Source of the DNA: Macrostomum lignano
Lineage: Eukaryota
Reading direction: 5' to 3'
Length of the DNA stretch: 64,000 nt
NCBI GenBank assembly: GCA_002269645.1
Contig: NIVC01000860.1
Coordinates: 1-64,000 of the forward strand
Shown here one piece after another: positions 1-13,342 of the stretch (position 1 is the first letter of the stretch; the number at the start of each line of letters is the position of its first letter). The notes beneath the pieces are model-generated. The model was not told the DNA's origin. It was given only the letters and a program-made list of their open reading frames with translations, and did no database searches. Both the position numbers and the translations under genes were made by a program.

Positions 1-2611
1 AGTTTCCTGGCACAGTGCCAAATCGCTGCTGCCTGCCAGGCGTCAATGAAGATGGCGCCGTTTCGCAATCGAAGCGCGCCGCGACGACTTTCTTCGCCAA
101 CATCCGCTTGCCGGCGCGAATTTGGGCGACGTCTGAAGGAAGAAAATTGTTGCTCTTGTTGTTGCTGCTGCTGCTGCTGCTGAAGCTGAAGACTCTGCAG
201 AAACAGCCAGCCCTTAGCCTGAAAGTTTTTTTAACATTTTGTTCAGGGTTGTAGCCTAGTGGCTAGAGCGTCGGACCTTACGAATGAAAGGTCGGGGTTC
301 GATTCTCGACCCACGGGGAACAATTTGTGTCCTTGAGCAAGACACTTAACTCTGCATTGCTGCAGTTCACCCAGGCTCTGTAAAATGGGTGCCAGCGTAA
401 GCTGGGGTAATTGAGGGTGTGTGGCAACCCCCCCAGTCCTTGGACTGAACAGCCGTACGCAGCCTTCAGATGCGCCGCGCAATTTAGCTGGCGGCTGAGC
501 TGTCGGTTGCACATCTGCCCAGGCAAAAAAATTTACTGATATTTCGTTTTTTTTAACTACGCAGTACACTACTTAAAGTAGGTTGAATATCTCTTTTTGA
601 TTTTTAACCATACTATCTATAACCCACATCTCAGGCTTCCAATGACGTCACCTGAACGCGGTCGGAAATTCTTTCCACAATCTCGTTGCGCGGGGCGCAG
701 TCAACGCAGAGTCGCCAGCGCCGATCTTCCAGCTTGGCGAACAGCAGAATTTCGCCTTCCATCGCGGTGTTCAAGCTGCACAGCAGAGGCATCGCTAGAG
801 ACGCTCGCTGGGCCTTCGTCGGGCTGACTGAGGCGAAGCAGTACCTGGTCAGGTGGCGGGCCTCGAAACTGATGGAGTTTTTGGTCAGCTTCAGAGAGCT
901 GCCGGGATCCAGGATGCGCCAGGGCTCTGCCAGACCCGGCCGAGGCTGGTAGAAGATCGTCACCGATGCAGAGTCCGCTGCGGATGCTGGCGCTCCCGCT
1001 GAGTCTCCCGAAGACAAAGCCATGCGGCAGCGGCAGCTTCAGTGTTATTGGCCGTTTGAACTCACCGCCCGGGTAGTTGAAATTGTACACCGGGGAGAGG
1101 CTCCGGATGTCCATGGTCTGCGATGGGTGCGTCCGTCTGGCAAGGGTCAGGCGCTCGTCTGAGAACGGGATGATCTGATGAGGAATGAGGGATTGTATTT
1201 TAGATTATTGCATCATCAACATGAAATATTGAATCAATTTCATCATGCAGGTAAAAACTCGCCGAAAAGCAGCAGTCCAAGGCTTCTGAGCAGCCTCGCT
1301 TTGGGATGCGCACAGAAACGATGGGGTCCAGCTTCAGGTTGAGCAGCGCCCCATTGGGCGACACTTGAAATGTCTCCGACAGAGGCGACAGGATGGCCAC
1401 GTAGATTCCGGATGCAGTCACGATGCACGTGATGCTCTTGTTGTCCTGAAAAATTGGAAGTGCACGGTTGTCAGGCTGGCAAGGTGTCAGGCTAGCAGGT
1501 GTCAGGCTGGCAAGGTGTCAGGCTAGCAGGTGTCAGGCTAGCAGGTGTCAGGCTAGCAGGTGTCAGGCTGGCAAGGTGTCAGGCTGGCAGGTGTCAGGCT
1601 AGCAGGTGTCAGGCTAGCAGGTGTCAGGCTGGCAAGGTGTCAGGCTGGCAAGGTGTCAGGCTAGCAGGTGTCAGGCTAGCAGGTGTCAGGCTGGCAAGGT
1701 GTCAGGCTAGCAGGTGTCAGGCTAGCAGATGTCAGGCTGGCAAGGTGTCAGGCTAGCAGGTGTCAGGCTAGCAGGTGTCAGGCTGGCAAGGTGTCAGGCT
1801 AGCAAGGTGTCAGGCTAGCAGATGTCAGGCTAGCAGGTGTCAGGCTAGCAGGTGTCAGGCTACCAGGTGTCAGGCTAGCAGGTGTCAGGCTAGCAGGTGT
1901 CAGGCTAGCAGGTGTCAGGCTAGCAGGTGTCAGGCTAGCAGATGTCAGGCTAGCAGGTGTCAGGCTAGCAGATGTCAGGCTAGCAGGTGTCAGGCTAGCA
2001 GGTGTCAGGCTAGCAGGTGTCAGGCTAGCAGGTGTCAGGCTAGCAGGTGTCAGGCTAGCAGGTGTCAGGCTAGCAGGTGTCAGGCTAGCAGGTGTCAGGC
2101 TAGCAGGTGTCAGGCTAGCAGGTGTCAGGCTGCAAAACAATTTTTCTATTGACAACAATTTCTAGCTTTCCAAGAAAGCCTTGCGCACCTCTTCCGTAAC
2201 CTCCATTGTCGTCCAACGCTCGGAATCGTCGCTGTCGCTGGTCGCTGGCTGGTCCGACGGGCGACCAACCAGGCGCAGGTGCTGAGTCGGCGGCTGAGAG
2301 GGCAGCGGCCGCCGCAGCACCGGCAGCGTGAGCGCCAGTCGGTAGCGCTGCGCTTGGCGCATGTTTGCCAGCTCAACCTGATACACTGGCGATGCCAGCA
2401 GCTCCTGCTCTTGAAGCGGAGGCGACCTGCCAGCCAGGCCGGCAGTCGGCACCGCGAGACGGTCAACGTTGATGTCGATGCGCCGCCGCCGGATGATGCT
2501 TGCCACCGCCGCCGTTGCCGCCGCCATCGACGAGCTTCAGGCGGCCACCGCCTGGCAACGGGTAGCTGCCGCTGCTGCTCCGGCACCCAATGAGATGCGA
2601 CTGGCGATGGC
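1..2611 (-). CDS. DTHD1: DTHD1-like ZU5-ZU5-UPA protein (death domain-containing protein 1 family), runs off the window start
   Basis: Exons 2611-2189, 1445-1263, 1174-652 and 194-<1, joined by GT-AG introns plus one GC-AG intron. Spliced peptide ...ELLASPVYQVEL...CIVTASGIYVAILSPLSETFQVSPNGALLNLKLDPIVSVRIP...SLSPVYNFNYPGGEFKRPITLKLPLP...ISFEARHLTRY follows the DTHD1/ankyrin ZU5 pattern as recalled. One frame shift near 1025 and a TGA near 2538 are present as sequenced. Confidence 0.75.
246..531 (+). mobile_element. tRNA-derived SINE with CORE-like domain (family 1, copy A)
   Basis: A-box GTAGCCTAGTGG and B-box GGTTCGATTC, then GTGTCCTTGAGCAAGACACTTAAC...CTGTAAAATGGG and an A-rich tail. A second copy lies at 7611. 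Confidence 0.8.
1470..2132. repeat. 15-bp minisatellite (GGTGTCAGGCTAGCA) in DTHD1-like intron
   Basis: Direct tandem repeat visible in sequence. Confidence 0.95.
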
Positions 2612-2621
2612 CTGACGGTGA

Positions 2622-4035
<1,414 letters not shown>

Positions 4036-4186
4036 ATGGATATAATCGAGATATAGATATAGATATAAATATGTAAAAATACTTTTTAAAGACGGCAAGC
4101 GCAGCCCAGTGGGGTTCAATGCAACCAACAGGAAATGCAAAGTCAGCGCCATCCCAGAACTCCAGAATCAGCTGATGGGAACTTAC

Positions 4187-4393
4187 GCAACCGTTAAGCC
4201 TTGATGATGCTCCTCAGCAGCTATTCTTCGCTTTCTCTGGCCATTTGCCACCATCTGCCTGCTCAGTTTGCAAGCAGACGAACCGAGCTCTGCCCCCCCC
4301 CACCCAACCCCAGTCAGCTCTATTATAACGCCAACACTGAGTGTGCAGATGACAGCGGCAGGCGGTCTGAGCCCAGGTGTACTTGAATAGGTG
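4187..4393 (-). CDS. Possible upstream exon of the DTHD1-like gene
   Basis: TTTGCAG acceptor and GTAAGT donor. Open in phase with the 8594-8712 exon but not cleanly in phase with the 2611 exon. Confidence 0.3.
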
Positions 4394-4964
4394 CTGCAAA
4401 CCTTGGAGACACTTAAACTTAGCAAACCTGAGCCAGGCTTATACGGGGGGGCATGAAGCTGCCCCTTTCTCCGTTTTGCGCACCTTTCATTTTGCCTTTC
4501 CGCCCTAGCGCACTAACGCCCGAAGCAGCAACAAGCGGTAATTATCAATAACTACTTTATGGCTCGGTAATGTCCTTATTTACCTGACTGTATGCGTGTG
4601 CTTTTGATCGACAAGAACACTGCTGCCGAAGTAAACTTTTGACTTTATCAACGTTTAACAAATTTTTATGACAGTTGAGAGTGAGGTGAGAGAGAGAGAG
4701 AGAGAGAGCAAAGATACGATAAAAGGACTGCAATAAAAACGTATGTTGCTATGCTAAATGCCAACTCGTGTTGTAATTTATTCTTTGCTAAGTTTACTTC
4801 GATACATATCGGAAAAAGCTTCGCTTTAAATGTTTTGCACTTTTAAACTATAAGAGATTCTTCGAATTTCTACATAACTTTTTTTCATCTACTCCCTTCT
4901 CATCACTCTAAACATCTGTCTAAACCTTCTCAATATCTCTCAATACCTTTCTCTCATACCTGGT

Positions 4965-5631
4965 ATCTCTACACCTCTCTCTCATCTCTCTACACCTCTC
5001 TCTCATCTCTCTACACCTCTCTCTCATCTCTCTACACCTCTCTCTCATCTCTCTACACCTCTCTCTCATCTCTCTACCCCTCTCTCTTATCCCTCTACAT
5101 CTATCTCATCTCTCTACATCTCTCTCTCATCTCTCTACCCCTCTCTCTCATCTCTCTACACCTCTCTCTCATCTCTCTACACCTCTCTCTCATCTCTCTA
5201 CACCTCTCTCTCATCTCTCTACCCCTCTCTCTTATCCCTCTACACCTCTCTCTCATCTCTCTACCCCTCTCTCTTATCCCTCTACATCTATCTCATCTCT
5301 CTACATCTCTCTCTCATCTCTCTACCCCTCTCTCTCATCTCTCTACACCTCTCTCTCATCTCTCTACACCTCTCTCTCATCTCTCTACACCTCTCTCTCA
5401 TCTCTCTACACCTCTCTCTCATCTCTCTACCCCTCTCTCTTATCCCTCTACATCTATCTATTATCTCTCTACATCTGTCTCTCATCTCACTACATCTCTC
5501 TCATCTCTCTACATCTATCTCTCATCTCACTACATCTCTCTCATCTCTCTACATCTATCTCTCATCTCACTACATCTCTCTCATCTCTCTACATCTATCT
5601 CTCATCTCACTACATCTTTCTTATCTCTCTA

Positions 5632-5680
<49 letters not shown>
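4965..5680. repeat. ~21-bp CT-rich minisatellite (CTCTCTCTCATCTCTCTACAC) ending in (CT)n
   Basis: Tandem repeat visible. Confidence 0.9.
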
Positions 5681-5684
<4 letters not shown>

Positions 5685-6089
5685 CTCTCATCACTTTCAC
5701 TAGTTATGATGACAGCAAACAGTAAAAGTAAAAGTACACTGCTAACTTACCCATCAGGTAGCATCAAATATTAGCTACAAGCAGCCCAGAAGTATTGACA
5801 AATAACGAGTTTTCTAACTGAAATCTGCACTCAATAAACAGGACCACTGCACAGTCGAAGTCAGACCGACGCCCTGCTACACCTCTGTTGAAAAATATTG
5901 GCTACATTAAATACTCGACTTTGCAAACAACTTTTCCCGTCGAGTCTTTTACGATGGTTTTGCGTTTGATGTAAAGTAATGTAATGTAAAGGTGAACACA
6001 TAATTGCGTTGCTAAGTTGGGTATGCGGTAACTCAACATTGCTAGGTGAGCTAACTGGCCTTTTGCTTTAAAAGTGTAGATGTTGCTGG

Positions 6090-7037
6090 TGTAGATTAGA
6101 GAGGGTGATGATTCTCAGGTGTAGATGAGAGAGGGTGATGATTCTCAGGTGTAGATTAGAGAGGGTGATGATTCTCAGGTGTAGATGAGAGAGAGTAATG
6201 ATTCTCAGGTGTAGATGGGAGAGGGTGATGATTCTCAGGTGTAGATGAGAGAGGGTGATGATTCTCAGGTGTAGATGAGAGAGGGTGATGATTCTCAGGT
6301 GTAGATGAGAGAGTGATGATTCTCAGGTGTAGATGAGAGAGGGTGATGATTCTCAGGTGTAGATGAGAGAGAGTAATGATTCTCAGATGTAGATGAGAGA
6401 GTGATGATTCTCAGATGTAGATGAGAGAGTGATGATTCTCAGGTGTAGATGAGAGAGTAATGATTCTCAGGTGTAGATGAGAGAGGGTGATGATTCTCAG
6501 GTGTAGATGAGAGAGTAATGATTCTCAGGTGTAGATGAGAGAGTGATGATTCTCAGGTGTAGATGAGAGAGGGTGATGATTCTCAGGTGTAGATGAGAGA
6601 GGGTGATGATTCTCAGGTGTAGATGAGAGAGGGTGATGATTCTCAGGTGTAGATGAGAGAGGGTGATGATTCTCAGGTGTAGATGAGAGAGGGTGATGAT
6701 TCTCAGGTGTAGATGAGAGGGTGATGATTCTCAGGTGTAGATGAGAGAGTAATGATTCTCAGGTGTAGATGAGAGAGTGATGATTCTCAGGTGTAGATGA
6801 GAGAGGGTGATGATTCTCAGGTGTAGATGAGAGAGGGTGATGATTCTCAGGTGTAGATGAGAGAGTAATGATTCTCAGGTGTAGATGAGAGAGTAATGAT
6901 TCTCAGGTGTAGATGAGAGAGGGTGATGATTCTCAGGTGTAGATGAGAGAGGGTGATGATTCTCAGGTGTAGATGAGAGGGTGGTGATTCTCAGGTGTAG
7001 ATGAGAGGGTGATGATTCTCAGGTGTAGATGAGAGGG
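6090..7037. repeat. 28-30 bp minisatellite (GTGTAGATGAGAGAGGGTGATGATTCTCAG)
   Basis: Tandem repeat visible. Confidence 0.95.
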
Positions 7038-7610
7038 TAATTCGCACTACAGGTAAAGGTCCACTTTGATCCTCAATAATATGCAGCATCATCTATTTCA
7101 AAGCTATTGCACTGCAATTGCAGGCAGACAAAGCAGTAGGCAAGTGCGGGCCCCAACCGACAATGAATTGTACAGCACTGCATTGCTAATCATTTTGAGT
7201 CGGTTCAGGTTTACACTGCAGCGGCTGTGCTCTCAAAGAACTTTAATGAAATTCTCTCCTCAGTGTTGAATGGAAGTTCAATATGCTGCGAAGACAAAGA
7301 ATTATGAATGCAGACGGATCTGAGCAATTTTGCTGTTCAGGTTTGCTGAATTGTTGAGAATGAATGACAATAGGAACATATGCATGCCTTTGTAGCATTT
7401 TATAGCACAGCCTATACATGTATAGAACTGCCACCTGTGCAGTCCTCTGTGCCCCCCCCCCTAGCTCAACTGACTTCTCAAATTTTTCTTTTATCTCTCA
7501 GGATTTTCATACGAGGGTGGCGCCGCGTGTGTGGCGGGGCGCCAGCACCAGAGGCGGCAGAAGAGGGCAGAGAGGCCCCCCCTCAATCGCCCACACTGGA
7601 GTTGCGCTGG

Positions 7611-7771
7611 GGGTTGTAGCCTAGTGGTCAGAGCGTCGGACTGACGACTGGAAGGTCGGGGGTTCGATTCTCGACCCACTCGGAAAAATTTGTGTCCTTG
7701 AGCAAGACACTTGACTCTGCATTGCTGTTCTCAGCTGTAAAATGGGGCTGGGGTAATTGAGGGTGTGTGGC
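7611..7771 (+). mobile_element. tRNA/CORE-like SINE family 1, copy B (3' truncated)
   Basis: Clearly alignable to 246-531 over the head and CORE-like part. Confidence 0.8.
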
Positions 7772-7869
7772 TATTAGGGCAGGTGTATTCAATTATTATT
7801 ATTATTAATAATAATGTTATTATTATTGTAGTCTCTTCAATTGTAACTCCTGCGTACGAGCTACGCCAC

Positions 7870-8518
7870 TGGCCAGCACCAAGGGGCGCCAGCACCAAGG
7901 GGCGCCAGCACCAAGGGGCGCCAGTCACCAAGGGGCGCCAGTCACCAAGGGGCGCCAGTCACCAAGTGGCGCCAGCACCAAGGGGCGCCAGCACCAAGGG
8001 CGCCAGCACCAAGGGGCGCCAGCACCAAGGAGCGCCAGCACCAAGGGGCGCCAGCACCAAGGGGCGCCAGCACCAAGGGGCGCCAGCACCAAGGGGCGCC
8101 AGCACCAAGGGGCGCCAGCACCAAGGGGCGCCAGCACCAAGGGGCGCCAGCACCAAGGGGCGCCAGCACCAAGGGGCGCCAGCACCAAGGGGCGCCAGCA
8201 CCAAGGAGCGCCAGCACCAAGGGGCGCCAGCACCAAGGGGCGCCAGCACCAAGGGGCGCCAGCACCAAGGGGCGCCAGCACCAAGGAGCGCCAGCACCAA
8301 GGGGCGCCAGCACCAAGGGGCGCCAGCACCAAGGGGCGCCAGCACCAAGGGGCGCCAGCACCAAGGGGCGCCAGCACCAAGGGGCGCCAGCACCAAGGGG
8401 CGCCAGCACCAAGGGGCGCCAGCACCAAGGGGCGCCAGCACCAAGGGGCGCCAGCACCAAGGGGCGCCAGCACCAAGGGGCGCCAGCACCAAGGGGCGCC
8501 AGCACCAAGGGGCGCCAG
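7870..8518. repeat. 16-bp GC-rich minisatellite (GGGGCGCCAGCACCAA)
   Basis: Near-perfect tandem repeat. Confidence 0.97.
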
Positions 8519-8593
8519 CCAGACACATTTTTTGCAAGACATGCAAGTGAAAAACGGCCTCTAAAAACTGAAGCACTTAAACAAATTTCTCAC

Positions 8594-8712
8594 CTAGGAA
8601 AGTCGACCATAGCAAGAGAGGCAGACGTGGCTTCAGAAGAGTTCTTCTGCTCTTGCTGCTCCTGCTGCTGCAGTTCCGGAGCCTGCGTTGTGGCTATGAT
8701 GCGCGGCTTCAT
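8594..8712 (-). CDS. Possible first coding exon of the DTHD1-like gene (MKPRIIATTQAPELQQQEQQ...)
   Basis: ATG at 8712, 39 open codons, AG|GTGAGA donor at 8593. Confidence 0.4.
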
Positions 8713-9199
8713 ACTGAGATTTACCAAGCCTGGTTACTAAACAAGCCGAGTCCCTGCTTTTCTGAGCTGCTGGAAACTAGTTTAATACTGAGCTGGAAAT
8801 ATCCAGAGCTTTAGTAGAAGAAAACTTTCTTCTTCAAGCCAAACAAGTTTTGACTCTTGTCGCCCTGAGCACACAATATACAGGTAAAATGCTCATAGCA
8901 CAAGGCTTCGAAACCATTATAATGGCTGACCTGAGAGCAGTGTGGACTCAAGGTCTGATTTCGACTGACCAATACACACACACGCAGCAGAGACCTACGG
9001 GACTCCTGCAGCCTATGCGACAGAAATGGATTGATAATAATTTAAGACCCGACCGTGGACTTCTTGGCGAAGAATTTGGAAAGCGCGGAAACCACTTACT
9101 CAGTTTCCGGCCAATGAGAGGCGACTGCTACGAGTACTGCTAATTCATCATCAACAGAATCCTGCGACAAGGAACCATTTGTAAAGTTTGTTTGAGTTT

Positions 9200-9466
9200 G
9201 AGCAACTGAGGATCTGAGAGGCTGGCCCAGCAACTGAGGATCTGAGAGGCTGGCCCAGCAACTGAGGATCTGAGAGGCTGGCCCAGCAATTGAGGATCTG
9301 AGAGGCTGGCCCAGCAACTGAGGATCTGAGAGGCTGGCCCAGCAACTGAGGATCTGAGAGGCTGGCCCAGCAACTGAGGATCTGAGAGGCTGGCCCAGCA
9401 ACTGAGGATCTGAGAGGCTGGCCCAGCAACTGAGGATCTGAGAGGCTGGCCCAGCAACTGAGGATT
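9200..9466. repeat. 28-bp minisatellite (GAGGCTGGCCCAGCAACTGAGGATCTGA), array 1
   Basis: Tandem repeat. Confidence 0.95.
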
Positions 9467-10174
9467 TGGGAGTTGGTGCCCACAGATACTGGGCAACACT
9501 ACAAGCGAAATATAGAAGACAAAGGCAAAGGCATTTCCCAATCCAGACTATATATATAACTCCGGATTCCTTGACCCTGGCCCCATCTCTCCTCCCCTCC
9601 GCGTGACGGCAAGAATTTTGGATTTTTGCAACTCTCCATTCCACCCAGCAGGCCAGCGATAAAAAAGTTTGCCAAGCGCAGACTTTGTACACTCTGATGG
9701 TGGCTCTTTTGTAAGCCACGAGCCCGCCTTTCCGTCCCTGCCCATGCGCCGCATGGCATGCAGAGAGACATCTGATGTTTGCAAGCTGCCTGGCATTCCA
9801 GCCCGCCTATGCATTTGAGCAAACAGTGACAGCATTGTATTAATATATATGAATAGATGAACTTATTACTATTCAAGCCCAAGCAGAAACTAACTGGCCA
9901 TAAATCTCCGGCGAGATTTCCCGTTCGCAATTTCACGGCTACGTAGGTGGGGACTGGCGCCAACTGACTGTACTTGAGTAATGCAATTAGTTCGATTGTG
10001 TGACGCAAAGAAATTTGTGCAGCTGATTAACTCTATTTACCTCTTGATCTTCAATATGCAATGTAGAGATTCATTCAGAGACCATAGAGATAATTATGAA
10101 ATAATTATTCATTCAATCGATGAACAAGGAATGCGATTGATTAAATGTGAGGTTGGCATGCGATGACAGTGACT

Positions 10175-10825
10175 GACTGGGGTGGCTGGCCCAGCAACTG
10201 GGGATCTGGGAGGCTGGCCCAGCAACTGGGGATCTGGGAGGCTGGCCCAGCAACTGGGGATCTGGGAGGCTGGCCCAGCAACTGAGGATCTGGGAGGCTG
10301 GCCTAGCAACTGAGGATCTGGGAGGCTGGCCCAGCAACTGAGGATCTGGGAGGCTGGCCCAGCAACTGAGGATTTGGGAGGCTGGCCCAGCAACTGACAC
10401 TCTGGGAGCCTGGCCCAGCAACTGAGGATCTGGGAGGCTGGCCCAGCAACTGAGGATTTGGGAGGCTGGCCCAGCAACTGACACTCTGGGAGCCTGGCCC
10501 AGCAACTGAGGATCTGGGAGGCTGGCCCAGCAACTGAGGATCTGAGAGGCTGACCCAGCAACTGAGGATCTGGGAGGCTGGTCCAGCAACTGAGGATCTG
10601 GGAGGCTGGCCCAGCAACTGAGGATTTGGGAGGCTGGCCCAGCAACTGACACTCTGGGAGGCTGGCCCAGCAACTGAGGATCTGAGAGGCTGGCCCAGCA
10701 ACTGACACTCTGGGAGGCTGGTCCAGCAACTGAGGATCTGGGAGGCTGGCCCAGCAACTGAGGATCTGGGAGGCTGGCCCAGCAACTGAGGATCTGGGAG
10801 GCTGGCCCAGCAACTGGGGATCTGA
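10175..10825. repeat. 28-bp minisatellite, array 2 (same family as 9200)
   Basis: Tandem repeat with variant units. Confidence 0.95.
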
Positions 10826-11293
10826 TGGCAACAATCCAAAGATATAGTATGAGCTGTACAAATAAAGAACGAACAGCAAAATTTCCGAAAGCCTCCACAA
10901 GTAGATTTACTACTAGATTTGCTGTCCGCACAGCTAACATTAAGACATTTCTCAGAGAATGGGGGAACACAGTATATTTTGCAGCGCCATCATATTAATT
11001 GAAAATGAATTGAAGTTCGCAGGAGAGTAGCTATTATTTTGACTTCATATTAGAAAGGTTGCCGGGTTTCGCCAATATACAGGCGGAAAACAAACTATAC
11101 TACTAACTACAAGAATACGAGTAGGGGCAGAATGGGATTTATTGAATTTTTCAAAAGTGAGCTGATTTAAAACAAGTCTGCAATGATAATTATAAATTGT
11201 AGATGTTCTAATGTTTTGTTGTTGTTATTTTATTCTATTCTCGAGTCAGACCGCTAGCCAGTTTCCCTGTTTTGTAATTAGGGCTTTGTTTTA

Positions 11294-11659
11294 TCACTCG
11301 TCACTCTCAGGCGGCGGGTACACCTGAGGGTGCTTCTGGAACAGGTACTCGAACAGCGGCTGCTTGCCGTCTCCCCAAGGGAAAGGCTTGGTGATTTTAT
11401 TCCACTCCCAGTTCGGGAGGGCCGGCCCGTCCGGGTGCGACTCGTGGAACTCGTGCTCCCGAGTCTCCATGTTGTAGAGGCCGAAAATCAGGCAGGGCAG
11501 GGCGGCCACGAAGGTCAGGGCGCTCCACATCTTGGCGGTGTTCTCGTAGCTCTTCACCTCCGCCTCGGTGCGGATGTAGTGGTGGCTCAGCCGGGCCTGC
11601 TGGGCGGCGGCCGAGCGCACGAGGCGAGCGGCGGTGAGAAGCTTCAGCGACTGCATCAT
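11294..11659 (-). CDS. COX6A: Cytochrome c oxidase subunit 6A, intronless
   Basis: 121 aa with an Arg/Ala-rich transit peptide, one TM segment (WSALTFVAALPCLIFGLY) and the family motif KPFPWGDG. Confidence 0.93.
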   Translation of the reverse strand: MMQSLKLLTAARLVRSAAAQQARLSHHYIRTEAEVKSYENTAKMWSALTFVAALPCLIFGLYNMETREHEFHESHPDGPALPNWEWNKITKPFPWGDGKQPLFEYLFQKHPQVYPPPESDE

Positions 11660-11699
11660 GAGTGCGGGCTGGAAGGCATTGGGGTTGGTGTTCTGAGAA

Positions 11700-12160
11700 T
11701 CTGGACTCGGTGACTCACTGACCCAGGAATCTGATGGACTCTGACTCCCTGACCCAGGAATCTGATGGACTCTGACTCCCTGACCCAGGAATCCGAGGGA
11801 CTCTGTGACTCCCTGACCCAGGAATCTGATGGACTCTGACTCCCTGACCCAGGAATCCGAGGGACTCTGTGACTCCCTGACCCAGAAATCCGAGGGACTC
11901 TGTGACTCACTGACCCAGGAATCCGAGGGACTCTGTGACTCCCTGACCCATTAATCTGAGGGACTCTGTGACTCACTGACCCATTAATCTGAGGGACTCT
12001 GTGACTCACTGACCCATTAATCTGAGGGACTCTGTGACTCACTGACCCATTAATCTAAGGGACTCTGTGACTCACTGACCCAGGAATCTGATGCTCTGTG
12101 ACTCACTGACCCAGGAATCTGAGGGACTCTGTGACTCACTGACCCAGGAATCTGAGGGAC
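11700..12160. repeat. 33-bp minisatellite immediately upstream of the COX6A acceptor
   Basis: Unit GAGGGACTCTGTGACTCACTGACCCAGGAATCT. Confidence 0.93.
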
Positions 12161-12749
12161 AAAAAGTCACTAAAACCAACGAAGCCAGTGAAATAAAATC
12201 GGTAGAAGCTAAAGCAAGCAAACATGAGGAATAATAGTTAAGCACCAAGTCAATGTGTTGTTTTGGAAAAATTTTTCATTAACAGGTGGTATAAAAAATA
12301 GCAATACTTCACTGACTATAATGAGATGTGCATTGAAGCTGTTGTAACAAAATATAAATTTTACAGAAATAAAATGCTATACTTGAACGTATTTAGCATA
12401 CAAACGGAGTTGTAAAAACACTCAAAAAATAAAAGCTGACCTATGCAAAAAATGCTGCACACCTACAGACTGTATCGTTAATATTTAACTAATTAAAAGC
12501 ACATTAACTAACTTTGCAAAGGATATAAACATTAATATTGACGGAAAATGGTTAAAATGTATGCCCAATCAAATATACTGCCATTACTACTGATTGACAC
12601 ATGTGCAGGAAAAAGACAGATTTTATAATGGTTTGGACATTGTGAACTCATATAAACATAAGAAACTCACTTAGCACTTGTGAAACGTCCGTGCAGTTAA
12701 ATAATAAATTTGCTAAAATTATTCGAGCGAAATTTTGTGCGTCGAAAAT

Positions 12750-13245
12750 GTACATTGAGCCAGTCTAACTGATAATATTTAAAATCTCTGCCCCCAATGT
12801 ACATTCAGCCAGCCTAACTGATAATATTTAAAATCTCTGCCCCCAATGTACATTCAGCCAGCCTAACTGATAATATTTAAAATCTCTGCCCCAATGTACA
12901 TTCAGCCAGCCTAACTGATAATATTTAAAATCTCTGCCCCAAACGTACATTGAGCCAGCCTAACTGATAATATTTAAAATATCTGCCCCCAATGTACATT
13001 CAGCCAGCCTAACTGATAATATTTAAAATCTCTGCCCCCAATGTACATTCATCCAGCCTAACTGATAATATTTAAAATCTCTGCCCCAAACGTACATTGA
13101 GCCAGCCTAACTGATGATATTTAAAATCTCTGCCCCAATGTACGTTCAGCCAGCCCAACTGATAATATTTAAAATCTCTGCCCCCAATGTACATTCGGCC
13201 AGCCCAACTGATGATATTTAAAATCTCTGCCCCAATGTACATTCA
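12750..13245. repeat. 47-48 bp minisatellite downstream of anillin
   Basis: Unit AATGTACATTCAGCCAGCCTAACTGATAATATTTAAAATCTCTGCCCC. Confidence 0.95.
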
Positions 13246-13342
13246 GACAACTAAACTGGAGAACAGCTTCTCTGCCCTAATCTACACTTAGTCATACTAA
13301 CAGTGCAAAAACAAGCAATTTTAATTAGTCAATTAAGCGAAG

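Noticed and set aside
246-330. tRNA-like sequences at 246, 7611 and 53641 as tRNA genes
   Set aside because: No closed acceptor stem; they continue into shared SINE bodies.
7765-10970. Several 100-285 aa repetitive ORFs
   Set aside because: Open frames of 16- and 28-bp minisatellites; open in multiple frames and strands.
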